Shown here: positions 29,863 through 38,313 of the stretch, in pieces
Layout: every line of letters begins with the position of its first letter
Position numbering within the stretch: the first letter of the stretch is position 1
Source: an uncultured Lachnospiraceae bacterium
GTDB lineage: Bacteria; Bacillota; Clostridia; Lachnospirales; Lachnospiraceae
Assembly: GCA_902789785.1 (NCBI GenBank)
Contig: CADAPR010000002.1
Location: forward strand, 1-50,382
DNA: 50,382 nucleotides
Reading direction: 5' to 3'
Notes under the pieces: generated by a model
The model's input: only the letters and a program-made list of their open reading frames with translations
Database searches by the model: none
Told to the model about the DNA's origin: nothing
Position numbers and translations under genes: made by a program

Positions 29863-31134
29863 TTAAATATCCTTTAACCTTTCGGTTATCTCGGCACATT
29901 TCTCGTATATGATGTCCGCATCAGCCTCTAAGAATTGTCCGTTCATATATAAGATCTTTCCGTCTATCATTGTCATCTTGATGTTGCTCTTTGAACCGCT
30001 GTAGACAATATTTTTCGGAATATTGAGAATAGGTTGCATATTAGGCTGCTTAAGGTCGATCATGATAATATCAGCAAATTTGCCTACACTAAGATCCGAG
30101 CAATCTTTATGATCCAGACTTAAAGCACCGTTAACACAAGCCATTTTTAAGACTTCGTCAGCTGCAACTGCTTTCGGATCCATCTCTTTAAGCTTTGCAA
30201 GTCCGGTAACAAGAAACATCTCCCTGAACATATCAAGACAGTTGTTTGAACTTGGTCCATCTGTTCCTAGACTAACAAGTATACCTTTTTCCAAATACTT
30301 TGATATAGGAGCTATTCCACTTGCTAGTTTTGTGTTACTTCCAGGATTTGAGACAACAGATACACCTCTCTTTTTAAGTATTTCCATATCGTGATCATCG
30401 CACCAGACACCGTGATATATACATCCGCCAAAATCCCACAGTCCCAAACTGTCAAAAAAGGCAACAGGGCTCATGCTGTATCTGATCCTGCATTCATCGA
30501 CTTCAGTTTTTGTCTCGGACATATGTACATATAAAGGAGCCTTATAATGATGTATGAGCTCTGAAACCTCTTTCAGCAAAGACTTGTCACATGTATACTC
30601 GGCATGCACTCCCATTTTAAAGCCAACTAAAGGAGACTTGCCGTTTAAGTCATTGTATCTATGCTCCATAACCTCAACAGTAGGTCCGAATTTATTAAGG
30701 CCTGAAACCATCTCACATCTCATACCCATTTCGTCACAGGCTTCAAGAATAGTTTCGGGAGTAAGATACATATCAGCGATAAGTGTAACTCCTGTTGTAA
30801 GATATTCGAGTATCGCAAGCTTAGTAAGCCAGTAGACATCTTCACCGGTCATTACAGCTTCTCGTGGAAAGATCATGTTATTTAGCCAGTCTTGAAGATT
30901 AAGATCATCAGCAAGTGATCTGAAAGCTGTCATGCCACTGTGAGTATGTACATTTTTAAAACCAGGCATTAATAGGTTCTTTTGACAATCAATCTCCTTA
31001 TCCCAAGATTCTTTTGTTTCTTTTGCTTCACCTATATAAGCAATTTTATTGCCTTTTACCCACAATTCGCCTTCAAAAATATCTTCGCCGTCAACCATTG
31101 TAAGTATTCTGGCATTGAAAAATCTGATATTCAT
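29863..31134 (-). CDS. Amidohydrolase, MTA/SAH (nucleoside) deaminase-like
   Basis: MPGFKNVHTH, HAEYT, HMSET, NPGSNTKLASG, LGTDG; next to PNP. Confidence 0.85.
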   Translation of the reverse strand: MNIRFFNARILTMVDGEDIFEGELWVKGNKIAYIGEAKETKESWDKEIDCQKNLLMPGFKNVHTHSGMTAFRSLADDLNLQDWLNNMIFPREAVMTGEDVYWLTKLAILEYLTTGVTLIADMYLTPETILEACDEMGMRCEMVSGLNKFGPTVEVMEHRYNDLNGKSPLVGFKMGVHAEYTCDKSLLKEVSELIHHYKAPLYVHMSETKTEVDECRIRYSMSPVAFFDSLGLWDFGGCIYHGVWCDDHDMEILKKRGVSVVSNPGSNTKLASGIAPISKYLEKGILVSLGTDGPSSNNCLDMFREMFLVTGLAKLKEMDPKAVAADEVLKMACVNGALSLDHKDCSDLSVGKFADIIMIDLKQPNMQPILNIPKNIVYSGSKSNIKMTMIDGKILYMNGQFLEADADIIYEKCAEITERLKDI

Positions 31135-31151
31135 TAATTTCTCCCCTTTAT

Positions 31152-31985
31152 TTAAAGTATAGTATTAAATTTTTTTACTGATTCAGTCAAAAGTTTTTTG
31201 AACTTTGGTGCAGCTTCATTAGCTGCAGCCTGCACTTCTTCGTGTGTTAGCGGATTATCAGTCATACCGGCGGCAAGGTTGCAGACACATGAGATACAGC
31301 ATATCTTCATACCCATATGATTTGCTGCGATGGCTTCAACAACTGTAGACATCCCGACTGCATCAACACCGAGTGTTCGCAACATCTTTATTTCTGCTGG
31401 ACTTTCAAACGAAGGGCCGGTAAGTTGTGCATAAACACCTTTTTGCAGCTTTATATTGTTTTCTTTTGCAGTTGATTCGATTATATCTCGAAGATCTTTG
31501 TCATATACATGACTCATATCTGGAAAACGGGTTCCGAGTTCATCTATATTAGCTCCTATTAACGGATTTGGTGCAAAGCAGGCTATATGATCTGTTAGCA
31601 TCATAAAATCACCTGCGCAAAATGATGTATTGAGTCCGCCGGAAGCATTTGTTAAGAAAAGAACCTTAGCTCCCATGAGTTTCATAAGTCTTGTAGGAAG
31701 TACAACATCGCTGATAGGATATCCTTCGTAATAATGTACTCTTCCCTTCATGCATACTACAGGAACTTCGCCAACGTAACCAAAAATAAATTTGCCGGCA
31801 TGTCCGGGAACTGTAGAAACAGGGAAGCCTTCTATATCATGATAGTCGATTTCGCATTCGACCTTAATATCATTGGCATAATCACCAAGGCCAGATCCAA
31901 GAACAATCGCTACTTTGGGAACAAAGTTTGTTTTTGCTCTTACACTTTCGAGACATTTTTGCAGTTTTTCGTAAATGGGGTTCAT
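31152..31985 (-). CDS. punA: Purine-nucleoside phosphorylase (trimeric type)
   Basis: VLGSGLG, STVPGHAG, GRVHYYEG, GPSFESPAE, GMSTV, HEEV. Confidence 0.93.
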   Translation of the reverse strand: MNPIYEKLQKCLESVRAKTNFVPKVAIVLGSGLGDYANDIKVECEIDYHDIEGFPVSTVPGHAGKFIFGYVGEVPVVCMKGRVHYYEGYPISDVVLPTRLMKLMGAKVLFLTNASGGLNTSFCAGDFMMLTDHIACFAPNPLIGANIDELGTRFPDMSHVYDKDLRDIIESTAKENNIKLQKGVYAQLTGPSFESPAEIKMLRTLGVDAVGMSTVVEAIAANHMGMKICCISCVCNLAAGMTDNPLTHEEVQAAANEAAPKFKKLLTESVKKFNTIL

Positions 31986-32011
31986 ACATTATCCTCCTAT
32001 AATTCCTCATT

Positions 32012-32041
32012 AGTATAACAAAATATGATTAAAATTGACTA
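32012..32041 (-). promoter_or_regulatory. Putative promoter of punA-amidohydrolase-mutS-like-rnhA
   Basis: Extended -10 TGTTATACT; weak -35 TAGTCA. Confidence 0.55.
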
Positions 32042-32812
32042 TATATGTTTACCGGGTATAAGTCTTCTTAAATCTGAAGTAGATATATCAACATTAAACA
32101 GTATCTTCATCAAAAATATAAAGAATATGATTACAAGTATCGGAATCAGACATGATGTGACTATCATAACAGCGATAGCTTCGATAAATCTGCTGAGTAG
32201 ACCTGTTACATATTCAACAATAGTACCTGCGGCGTTTTCAATCCATGACATGAATCTTTCTACCGTAGTCTGATCTTCATCTACAATACTAAGTTCATTT
32301 GCGCTATCTACAGTCTGATCGATTGTTTGGCTATAGTTATTATATATTATCTCTGATGTTTTTACGCTTATAGGAATAACACACTCAAGAGCAATAGCGA
32401 AAATTACGAATTTCAAAGACAATATCTTCATTTTCTGGCTTTGAGCAAATAATCCTATACCACCGATAATACATGCTAGAGGGATCATACCACAAAATGA
32501 TACATAGCCAATTATTGTTACAAGATATTTCTCAAGATAAAGTGCGCTGAGTACTACAACAAAATAAGTACCGAGTTCAGCGAACTGTTCAGCTATAGGA
32601 GTGCATTGGTCATCCGGTAACAATGATATGGCAGCTGATGCTGCTGTGGCGCCGGCTGCTAGTTTCATAACGCTTGCGATCTCTTCATCAATCTGAGCTA
32701 TTGTATGCGAATGAGTATCCAGATTTGTTGCCACAGGAGTTATCTTAGTGATAGAAATCAATAAGATAAGGATAAGTAAAAGGATTATTGTTATTGATTT
32801 ATATATTTTCAT
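32039..32812 (-). CDS. Hypothetical multi-pass membrane protein
   Basis: 257 aa, several hydrophobic segments. Confidence 0.75.
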   Translation of the reverse strand: MKIYKSITIILLLILILLISITKITPVATNLDTHSHTIAQIDEEIASVMKLAAGATAASAAISLLPDDQCTPIAEQFAELGTYFVVVLSALYLEKYLVTIIGYVSFCGMIPLACIIGGIGLFAQSQKMKILSLKFVIFAIALECVIPISVKTSEIIYNNYSQTIDQTVDSANELSIVDEDQTTVERFMSWIENAAGTIVEYVTGLLSRFIEAIAVMIVTSCLIPILVIIFFIFLMKILFNVDISTSDLRRLIPGKHI

Positions 32813-32823
32813 TATTGATACCT

Positions 32824-33504
32824 TTATTTGATTACAAATTCTATTGAATACACATTATCTTCTATTAATGAGTTAATAAATGATTCGATGAGGGTTTTAG
32901 CGTTTTCATCTGCTTTATCGATAATACCTTTATTAATTGCCTTGTTTTTTGCTTCATTTTCGAATTCTATTATCGAGTTATTGTATTTAGTCATATCAAG
33001 TTTGTTCCATAGACCTTCTTTTTCTTCATATATCTTAAAACTGTCGTGATCGATGTTTACCCCGATAATATTCGATTTCGGTATTTTAACGTTAATTATC
33101 TTTGCTTCATCATCTTTGGTTATTTCAATATCGTTGCAGTCTATTCCGGCAGTAACAACACCATCATAACTGAATATAAAAGATGCTTTTGAATCAAAGA
33201 TCCAGACTCTTTCAGTGCTCTTGTATTCTTCAACCTGGGTAAAATAATATTCCTGGGTTATTAAAGTGCCCATCTCTTTTAGACCGTCTTTAATTATCTC
33301 AGTATTGACAGTTACTATTTCCTCGACAACAGGACTGTCATCAAACAGTTTTTTGTCAGACTGCTTTTCGACAATGTCTTTGAGAGATGCATTATCTGTT
33401 TTATTCCTGTTATTTAACATACCCACTAAAAGCCATATGATGATTATAGAAAGAAAAATACAAATAACGATATAAATTGTTTTTAATTTCTTATTGTCTT
33501 CCAT
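32824..33504 (-). CDS. DUF4230 domain membrane-anchored protein
   Basis: N-terminal TM; LITQEYYF, YDGVVTAGID, IPKSNI, AINKGIIDKADENAK. Confidence 0.8.
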   Translation of the reverse strand: MEDNKKLKTIYIVICIFLSIIIIWLLVGMLNNRNKTDNASLKDIVEKQSDKKLFDDSPVVEEIVTVNTEIIKDGLKEMGTLITQEYYFTQVEEYKSTERVWIFDSKASFIFSYDGVVTAGIDCNDIEITKDDEAKIINVKIPKSNIIGVNIDHDSFKIYEEKEGLWNKLDMTKYNNSIIEFENEAKNKAINKGIIDKADENAKTLIESFINSLIEDNVYSIEFVIK

Positions 33505-33543
33505 GCCATACCTCTCTTATTGACATGTTCATTTTACCATAAA

Positions 33544-33573
33544 AAAAGACAACCGCATATGCAGTTGCCTTTT
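33544..33573 (-). terminator. Intrinsic terminator after the DUF3048 gene
   Basis: AAAAGGCAACTGC-ATAT-GCGGTTGTCTTTT plus T-run; extended -10 TGGTAAAAT of the next gene at 33531-33539. Confidence 0.8.
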
Positions 33574-33577
33574 ATTC

Positions 33578-34699
33578 TTAGTTAATAACTAGCTGATCCC
33601 AGCTGTCACTCGGTATAAGTGTTATGTATGTCTTACCTGTGTTGATCTCGATCTCTTCACCATTCATGTCATAGAATCTTGTTAGAGAGTTATCTTCGCC
33701 GCCTTTAGCCCATGTGATCGGAATGCATTTGCCGTTTGTGCAGTAGAAACCTTCTTTTCCTGAATCTATAACGTTATAAATAAGATATCCATGATCGTCA
33801 AGCTGAGAGAATGTGCATCTCTGAATGATTACATTATCAAAGCAAAGAACTTCACCGGTCTTGCCGTCTTTGTGAGGAGCACCGTATTCTGAATAATAGT
33901 ACTTCTTATCAGATTCGTTATATTTAAGTTCAGATCCGTTGTGCTTAAATGGAAGATCGATGAATGTACAAGCCTTCGCATTCTCTTCACTTTCAAAAGT
34001 TATCGGATCCGCTTTGGGAGCAAACTTGAAGTGCTCACCAGGATAGTATTCTGTATATGTTGTAGAGAATTTTGAATTCTTAAAAGCTTTGTCAAGATCT
34101 CCGGGCATTATGTACTCAGTAAATTCTCTTGCCTTGCCGTTGTCAACTCTAGAGAAGATTCCTGAGAAATGATCTTTGAATACTTCTTTTGAGAAGTAGG
34201 CATCAATATAGAAGGGACCTCCGTCATGGCAAAGTACAGCGTTATATTCAGCTGCCAAAAGAATGTTGGTAGGTCTTGTTGATCTGATAGAACCGAGCTG
34301 TTCGATCTTTCCCCAGTCTTTCATGATAACCATGAGACGTGTTATTCTGTCATTCTGAGTAGAGTTCATGATCTCATAAACGATATCTGCATCATTTATA
34401 CCGAAATGATCCAGAGCGGTCTTTTCATTATCTACCATTGCTGCGATAGGTCTCTGATCTTTGAGTGATTCATCAATAGGAAGATGAGTCAATTCTGAAA
34501 AATACATACCTGCAGGAAGTTCATCTTCTTTACGTACATGTTCTTCTTGAGCAGGTTCTTCGTCTTTTGTTTCCTCTACAGTCGGGATTGTTTCAATCTC
34601 AGGCTGTACATATTCTACCGTTGCTTCTTCTTTACCGCATGCCCCCAACATGCAAAAACACAAAAGAACAGCTAAGGTACTTACTACTTTTCTTTTCAT
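33578..34699 (-). CDS. DUF3048 (YerB-like) lipoprotein
   Basis: Lipobox LGAC; RPIAAMVDN, ADIVYE, ITRL, GSIRSTR; ATG at 34699 with GGGAG RBS. Confidence 0.87.
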   Translation of the reverse strand: MKRKVVSTLAVLLCFCMLGACGKEEATVEYVQPEIETIPTVEETKDEEPAQEEHVRKEDELPAGMYFSELTHLPIDESLKDQRPIAAMVDNEKTALDHFGINDADIVYEIMNSTQNDRITRLMVIMKDWGKIEQLGSIRSTRPTNILLAAEYNAVLCHDGGPFYIDAYFSKEVFKDHFSGIFSRVDNGKAREFTEYIMPGDLDKAFKNSKFSTTYTEYYPGEHFKFAPKADPITFESEENAKACTFIDLPFKHNGSELKYNESDKKYYYSEYGAPHKDGKTGEVLCFDNVIIQRCTFSQLDDHGYLIYNVIDSGKEGFYCTNGKCIPITWAKGGEDNSLTRFYDMNGEEIEINTGKTYITLIPSDSWDQLVIN

Positions 34700-34744
34700 T
34701 TTAAACTCCCTTTCTTTGTTGGCTATTAAACGCAAACCTTTATT

Positions 34745-34773
34745 AGTATATCTGAAATCGTATTTTTATACAA
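34745..34773 (-). promoter_or_regulatory. Sigma-A promoter of the DUF3048 gene
   Basis: TTGTAT-N17-TATACT. Confidence 0.7.
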
Positions 34774-34784
34774 GACATTTTTGG

Positions 34785-34932
34785 AGACAAAATAAATCGT
34801 CGGCTTATGCGAACTTTGTATCTTACGATACTTGGTAGGGAACCAATACACTAAACCGACGATTTATTAAAGATTTTAATTGCAAGATGAATAACTATTG
34901 AATATTCTGGGCGGAGAAAAACTTTCTTCCAT
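34785..34932 (-). ncRNA. Candidate structured small RNA (unassigned)
   Basis: 13-bp perfect closing stem enclosing two hairpins, one with a GUAA loop; -10-like TATCAT at 34939-34944. Confidence 0.5.
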
Positions 34933-34967
34933 GCCTTAATGATATACTCTCGCAATATAAAATGGAA

Positions 34968-35011
34968 TTAACATAATCTTAAGTTGCCTTAATATTTGTT
35001 AAGAATTTTAA
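34968..35011. promoter_or_regulatory. Phased TTAA repeat array, putative response-regulator binding site
   Basis: TTAA at 34968, 34979, 34989, 34999, 35008. Confidence 0.45.
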
Positions 35012-35029
35012 CCATATAAGTAAAATTCA

Positions 35030-36259
35030 TCACATTTTTACTCGTTTATAGCTTTTTTTACCACGACGAACAACGATACCATCTCCACTGAGCTTTTCTG
35101 GATCGTAACAGGTCTTTATATCAGTGATCTTTTCGTCATCAACAGTTACTCCACCCTGTTCTACGGCCCTTCTGGCTTCGCTTCTTGATGCACATAAACC
35201 GGAACTAGCAAGAATTCCTAGTATATCAATAACGCCGTCTCTTAGCATATCTTCAGTGATGATCGCTGTTGGCATTTCAAGAGTTCCTGCGCCGGAAAAT
35301 AAGGCTCTTGCACTATCCTGAGCTTTAACAGCTTCTTCTTCACCATGTACAAGCTTTGTAAGTTCAAAAGCTAGGATCTCTTTAGCCTGATTAAGCTGAG
35401 AGCCTTCCCATTTATCCATTTCATCTATCTGTTCAAGAGGAAGGAAGGTAAGCATTCTTATGCATTTTAATACATCCGAATCAGCGACATTTCTCCAGTA
35501 CTGATAAAAATCAAATGGAGAAGTTTTATTTGCATCAAGCCATACTGCTCCGCTGACTGTCTTGCCCATCTTCTTGCCTTCTGAATTAAGCAAAAGTGTT
35601 ATAGTCATTGCTTCAGCATCATTTTTTCCGAGTTTTTTTCGTATTAGTTCTCTGCCACCGAGCATGTTGCTCCACTGATCATCTCCTCCAAACTGAAGGT
35701 TGCAGCCATATCTCCTGTAGAGCTCTAAGAAATCGTAACTCTGCATGATCATGTAGTTGAATTCGAGGAACGTTAATCCGCCATCTCTGTCCATACGTTG
35801 CTTGAAACACTCTGCACGTAACATATTGGTTACAGAGAAGTAAGGTCCTACTTCACGAAGAACGTCTACATAGTTGAGATCAAGTAGCCAGTCAGCATTA
35901 TTAACAAGCATAGCTTTGTCTTCTGAAAAGTCGATAAATCTGCTCATCTGCTTTTTGAAGCATTCAATGTTATGATTAATATCTTCCTTTGTTAGCATTT
36001 TTCTCATATCTGTCTTGCCGGAAGGATCTCCTATCATGCCTGTTCCGCCGCCTAGAAGAGCTATCGGTTTATTTCCTGCCATCTGAAGTCTCTTCATAAG
36101 GCAAAGAGCCATGAAATGACCAACATGCAGACTGTCTGCTGTAGGATCAAAGCCGATATAGAAAGTAGCCTTACCGTTGTTTATAAGTTCTCTGATCCCT
36201 TCTTCATCTGTAAGTTGCGCAAGAAGACCTCTTGCTTTTAATTCTTCAAATATTCCCAT
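35030..36259 (-). CDS. tyrS: Tyrosine--tRNA ligase
   Basis: [34 protein letters not shown]-terminal S4-like domain. Confidence 0.97.
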   Translation of the reverse strand: MGIFEELKARGLLAQLTDEEGIRELINNGKATFYIGFDPTADSLHVGHFMALCLMKRLQMAGNKPIALLGGGTGMIGDPSGKTDMRKMLTKEDINHNIECFKKQMSRFIDFSEDKAMLVNNADWLLDLNYVDVLREVGPYFSVTNMLRAECFKQRMDRDGGLTFLEFNYMIMQSYDFLELYRRYGCNLQFGGDDQWSNMLGGRELIRKKLGKNDAEAMTITLLLNSEGKKMGKTVSGAVWLDANKTSPFDFYQYWRNVADSDVLKCIRMLTFLPLEQIDEMDKWEGSQLNQAKEILAFELTKLVHGEEEAVKAQDSARALFSGAGTLEMPTAIITEDMLRDGVIDILGILASSGLCASRSEARRAVEQGGVTVDDEKITDIKTCYDPEKLSGDGIVVRRGKKSYKRVKM

Positions 36260-36288
36260 TTTAATTCATATCCTTTCACAAGAACGTA

Positions 36289-37491
36289 TCATTTTCCTGT
36301 CATAAGCATCGTCATAGCCTGATTAAGTCCGTCAACTGTCAATCTATACATGGGAAATAATGTCTTAACTGCAGTTTCGGCTTCTCTCCAGGGGGCATGA
36401 CCTATAGCCATCTTGGGATTCATCCATACGATCTTTTTATAATGTCTTTTCATGAGCAACAGCCAGTCCCAGCCGCTTAAACCACCATTGGGACCTCTGT
36501 AGTTTCCTGAATCACTGTATAGTTCCTCCGGAGCCATGGCTGCATCTCCCACAATTATAACTTTATAATCACTGTCTAGATTCCTGAACATCCATTCAGT
36601 ATCTATCCAGTCGCCATTCTCACACTCCGGAGTATTATAAAGCTTGCTATAAATACAATTGTGGAAATAATAGACTTTAACGTCCTTGTAGTGATTAGAT
36701 TTATTGATTGACTGGAAAAGCTCATTCATAAGACTAGAATACGGTATCATAGTACCGCCACTGTCCATAAGAAGTAGAAGCTTTACGGAATTCTTCCTCG
36801 GCTTTTCCATAACTATCTGCAGCATTCCACCGTTATTACAAGTCTTATCGATAGTTGCGTCAATATCAAGTTCAGTTTTAGGAATATCAAGTTTTGTTGA
36901 AAACTGTCGAAGTTTTCTCAAAGCCTGCATAAACTGTCTATTATCGATTATTCTGTCATCTCTAAAATCTCTGTATTTTTTTGCTCCAATAACAGCAAAG
37001 GCAGACTGATAACCTGTTTTTCCACCCACACGAACACCACCGATGTTTCCACCGGTGTTACCAAAACTAGTTTTACCCATGGTTCCAATCCAATGAGAAC
37101 CACCATTATGTTCGCTATCCTGGTCTTTGAGTCTTGCTCTGAATTTCTCTTCAACATCATCTTTATCGATCTGAAGATCTTCCATTTGATTGAGCCATTG
37201 TCTTTCTGTCTCGGCTATGAATTCATCCATTTCGGATTTATCTAGCCACTTTAACATATTTGCGCCTACTTCAGGCTCATAATGAGTACCCTTGAAGTTG
37301 TTCTCAAATACCATGTCGAACTTATCGTATTCAGTTTCGCTTTTGACTAATATCATGCGACACAGATAATAAAAATCTGTAACAGAATTGTTGGCTAATC
37401 CCTTATCAAGAGCTTCTTGTAATGTAAGAAACTCGGCGAAGGTTACTTTAAGCCCCGCATCACGCAAGTCATAGAAAAACTTCGTAAACAT
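36289..37491 (-). CDS. VWA domain protein (CoxE-like, MoxR partner)
   Basis: WIGTMGKTSFG, ELDIDATIDKT, MIDAS-like DSGGTM, YFHNC, VGDAAMAP. Confidence 0.85.
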   Translation of the reverse strand: MFTKFFYDLRDAGLKVTFAEFLTLQEALDKGLANNSVTDFYYLCRMILVKSETEYDKFDMVFENNFKGTHYEPEVGANMLKWLDKSEMDEFIAETERQWLNQMEDLQIDKDDVEEKFRARLKDQDSEHNGGSHWIGTMGKTSFGNTGGNIGGVRVGGKTGYQSAFAVIGAKKYRDFRDDRIIDNRQFMQALRKLRQFSTKLDIPKTELDIDATIDKTCNNGGMLQIVMEKPRKNSVKLLLLMDSGGTMIPYSSLMNELFQSINKSNHYKDVKVYYFHNCIYSKLYNTPECENGDWIDTEWMFRNLDSDYKVIIVGDAAMAPEELYSDSGNYRGPNGGLSGWDWLLLMKRHYKKIVWMNPKMAIGHAPWREAETAVKTLFPMYRLTVDGLNQAMTMLMTGK

Positions 37492-37493
37492 AT

Positions 37494-38312
37494 TTATACC
37501 ATCTTTTGTCGAACAGTTTCTAAATCTTCATCCTTTTTAACGATAACACCTACAAAGGGAAGTTTTTTTCTGATCTCCTCGGCTTTAATACCGCCCAGCT
37601 GTAAAACATTTATCCAATCTATGAGTTCAGATGTAGAAGGTTTCTTCCTTACATCCTTCATAGCTCTGATATCGTAAAAAACTTCAAATGCCTGTTTGAG
37701 AAGATTCTCTTCTACATCTGGCAAGTGAACTTTTACGATTTCCTCCATAAGATCTGCTTCGGGGAAATCTATGTAATGAAAAATACATCTTCTCAAAAAT
37801 GCATCGGGGAGCTCTTTTTCTGCGTTGCTTGTTATTATTACTATAGGTCTGTGCTTAGCTTTTACGGTTCTTTTGGTCTCGTGTATATAAAATTCCATCT
37901 GATCAAGTTCCCATAAAAGATCATTTGGAAATTCAAGATCCGCTTTATCGATTTCATCGATCAAGAGAATGACTTGTTCATCACTCTCAAATGCCTCTCC
38001 GAGCTTTCCTAGTTTTATATATCTTGCAATATCATCAACGCCTTCTTCTCCAAACTGACCATCATATAGTCGCTGGATAGTATCATACATATACAATCCT
38101 TCTTGAGCTTTTGAGGTTGATTTTATATTCCAGATAATAAGTTTTTTACCAAGAGATTTGGCAACGGCTTCTGCAAGCATTGTCTTTCCGGTACCAGGTT
38201 CACCTTTTATGAGTAACGGCTTTTGGAGAGTTATTGCTACATTAACAGCCGAAAGCAGCTGTTCGCTTGCTACATATTCACCTGTGCCTTTAAAAGAATT
38301 ATTTAATTCCAT
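37494..38312 (-). CDS. MoxR-family AAA+ ATPase
   Basis: GEPGTGKT, LIDEIDKAD, ITSNAEKELPDAFLRRC, KKPSTSELIDW. Confidence 0.92.
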   Translation of the reverse strand: MELNNSFKGTGEYVASEQLLSAVNVAITLQKPLLIKGEPGTGKTMLAEAVAKSLGKKLIIWNIKSTSKAQEGLYMYDTIQRLYDGQFGEEGVDDIARYIKLGKLGEAFESDEQVILLIDEIDKADLEFPNDLLWELDQMEFYIHETKRTVKAKHRPIVIITSNAEKELPDAFLRRCIFHYIDFPEADLMEEIVKVHLPDVEENLLKQAFEVFYDIRAMKDVRKKPSTSELIDWINVLQLGGIKAEEIRKKLPFVGVIVKKDEDLETVRQKMV

Positions 38313-38313
38313 A

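Noticed and set aside
34791-34868. Hammerhead ribozyme, T-box, retron msr/msd or riboswitch for the DUF3048 gene
   Set aside because: No CUGANGA core, no T-box motif, no reverse transcriptase in the window, and the downstream gene's promoter lies 3' of the structure
35003-35028. Strong tyrS terminator (GAATTTTA/TAAAATTC)
   Set aside because: AT-rich 8-bp stem with a 10-nt loop and no U-tract; too weak to call
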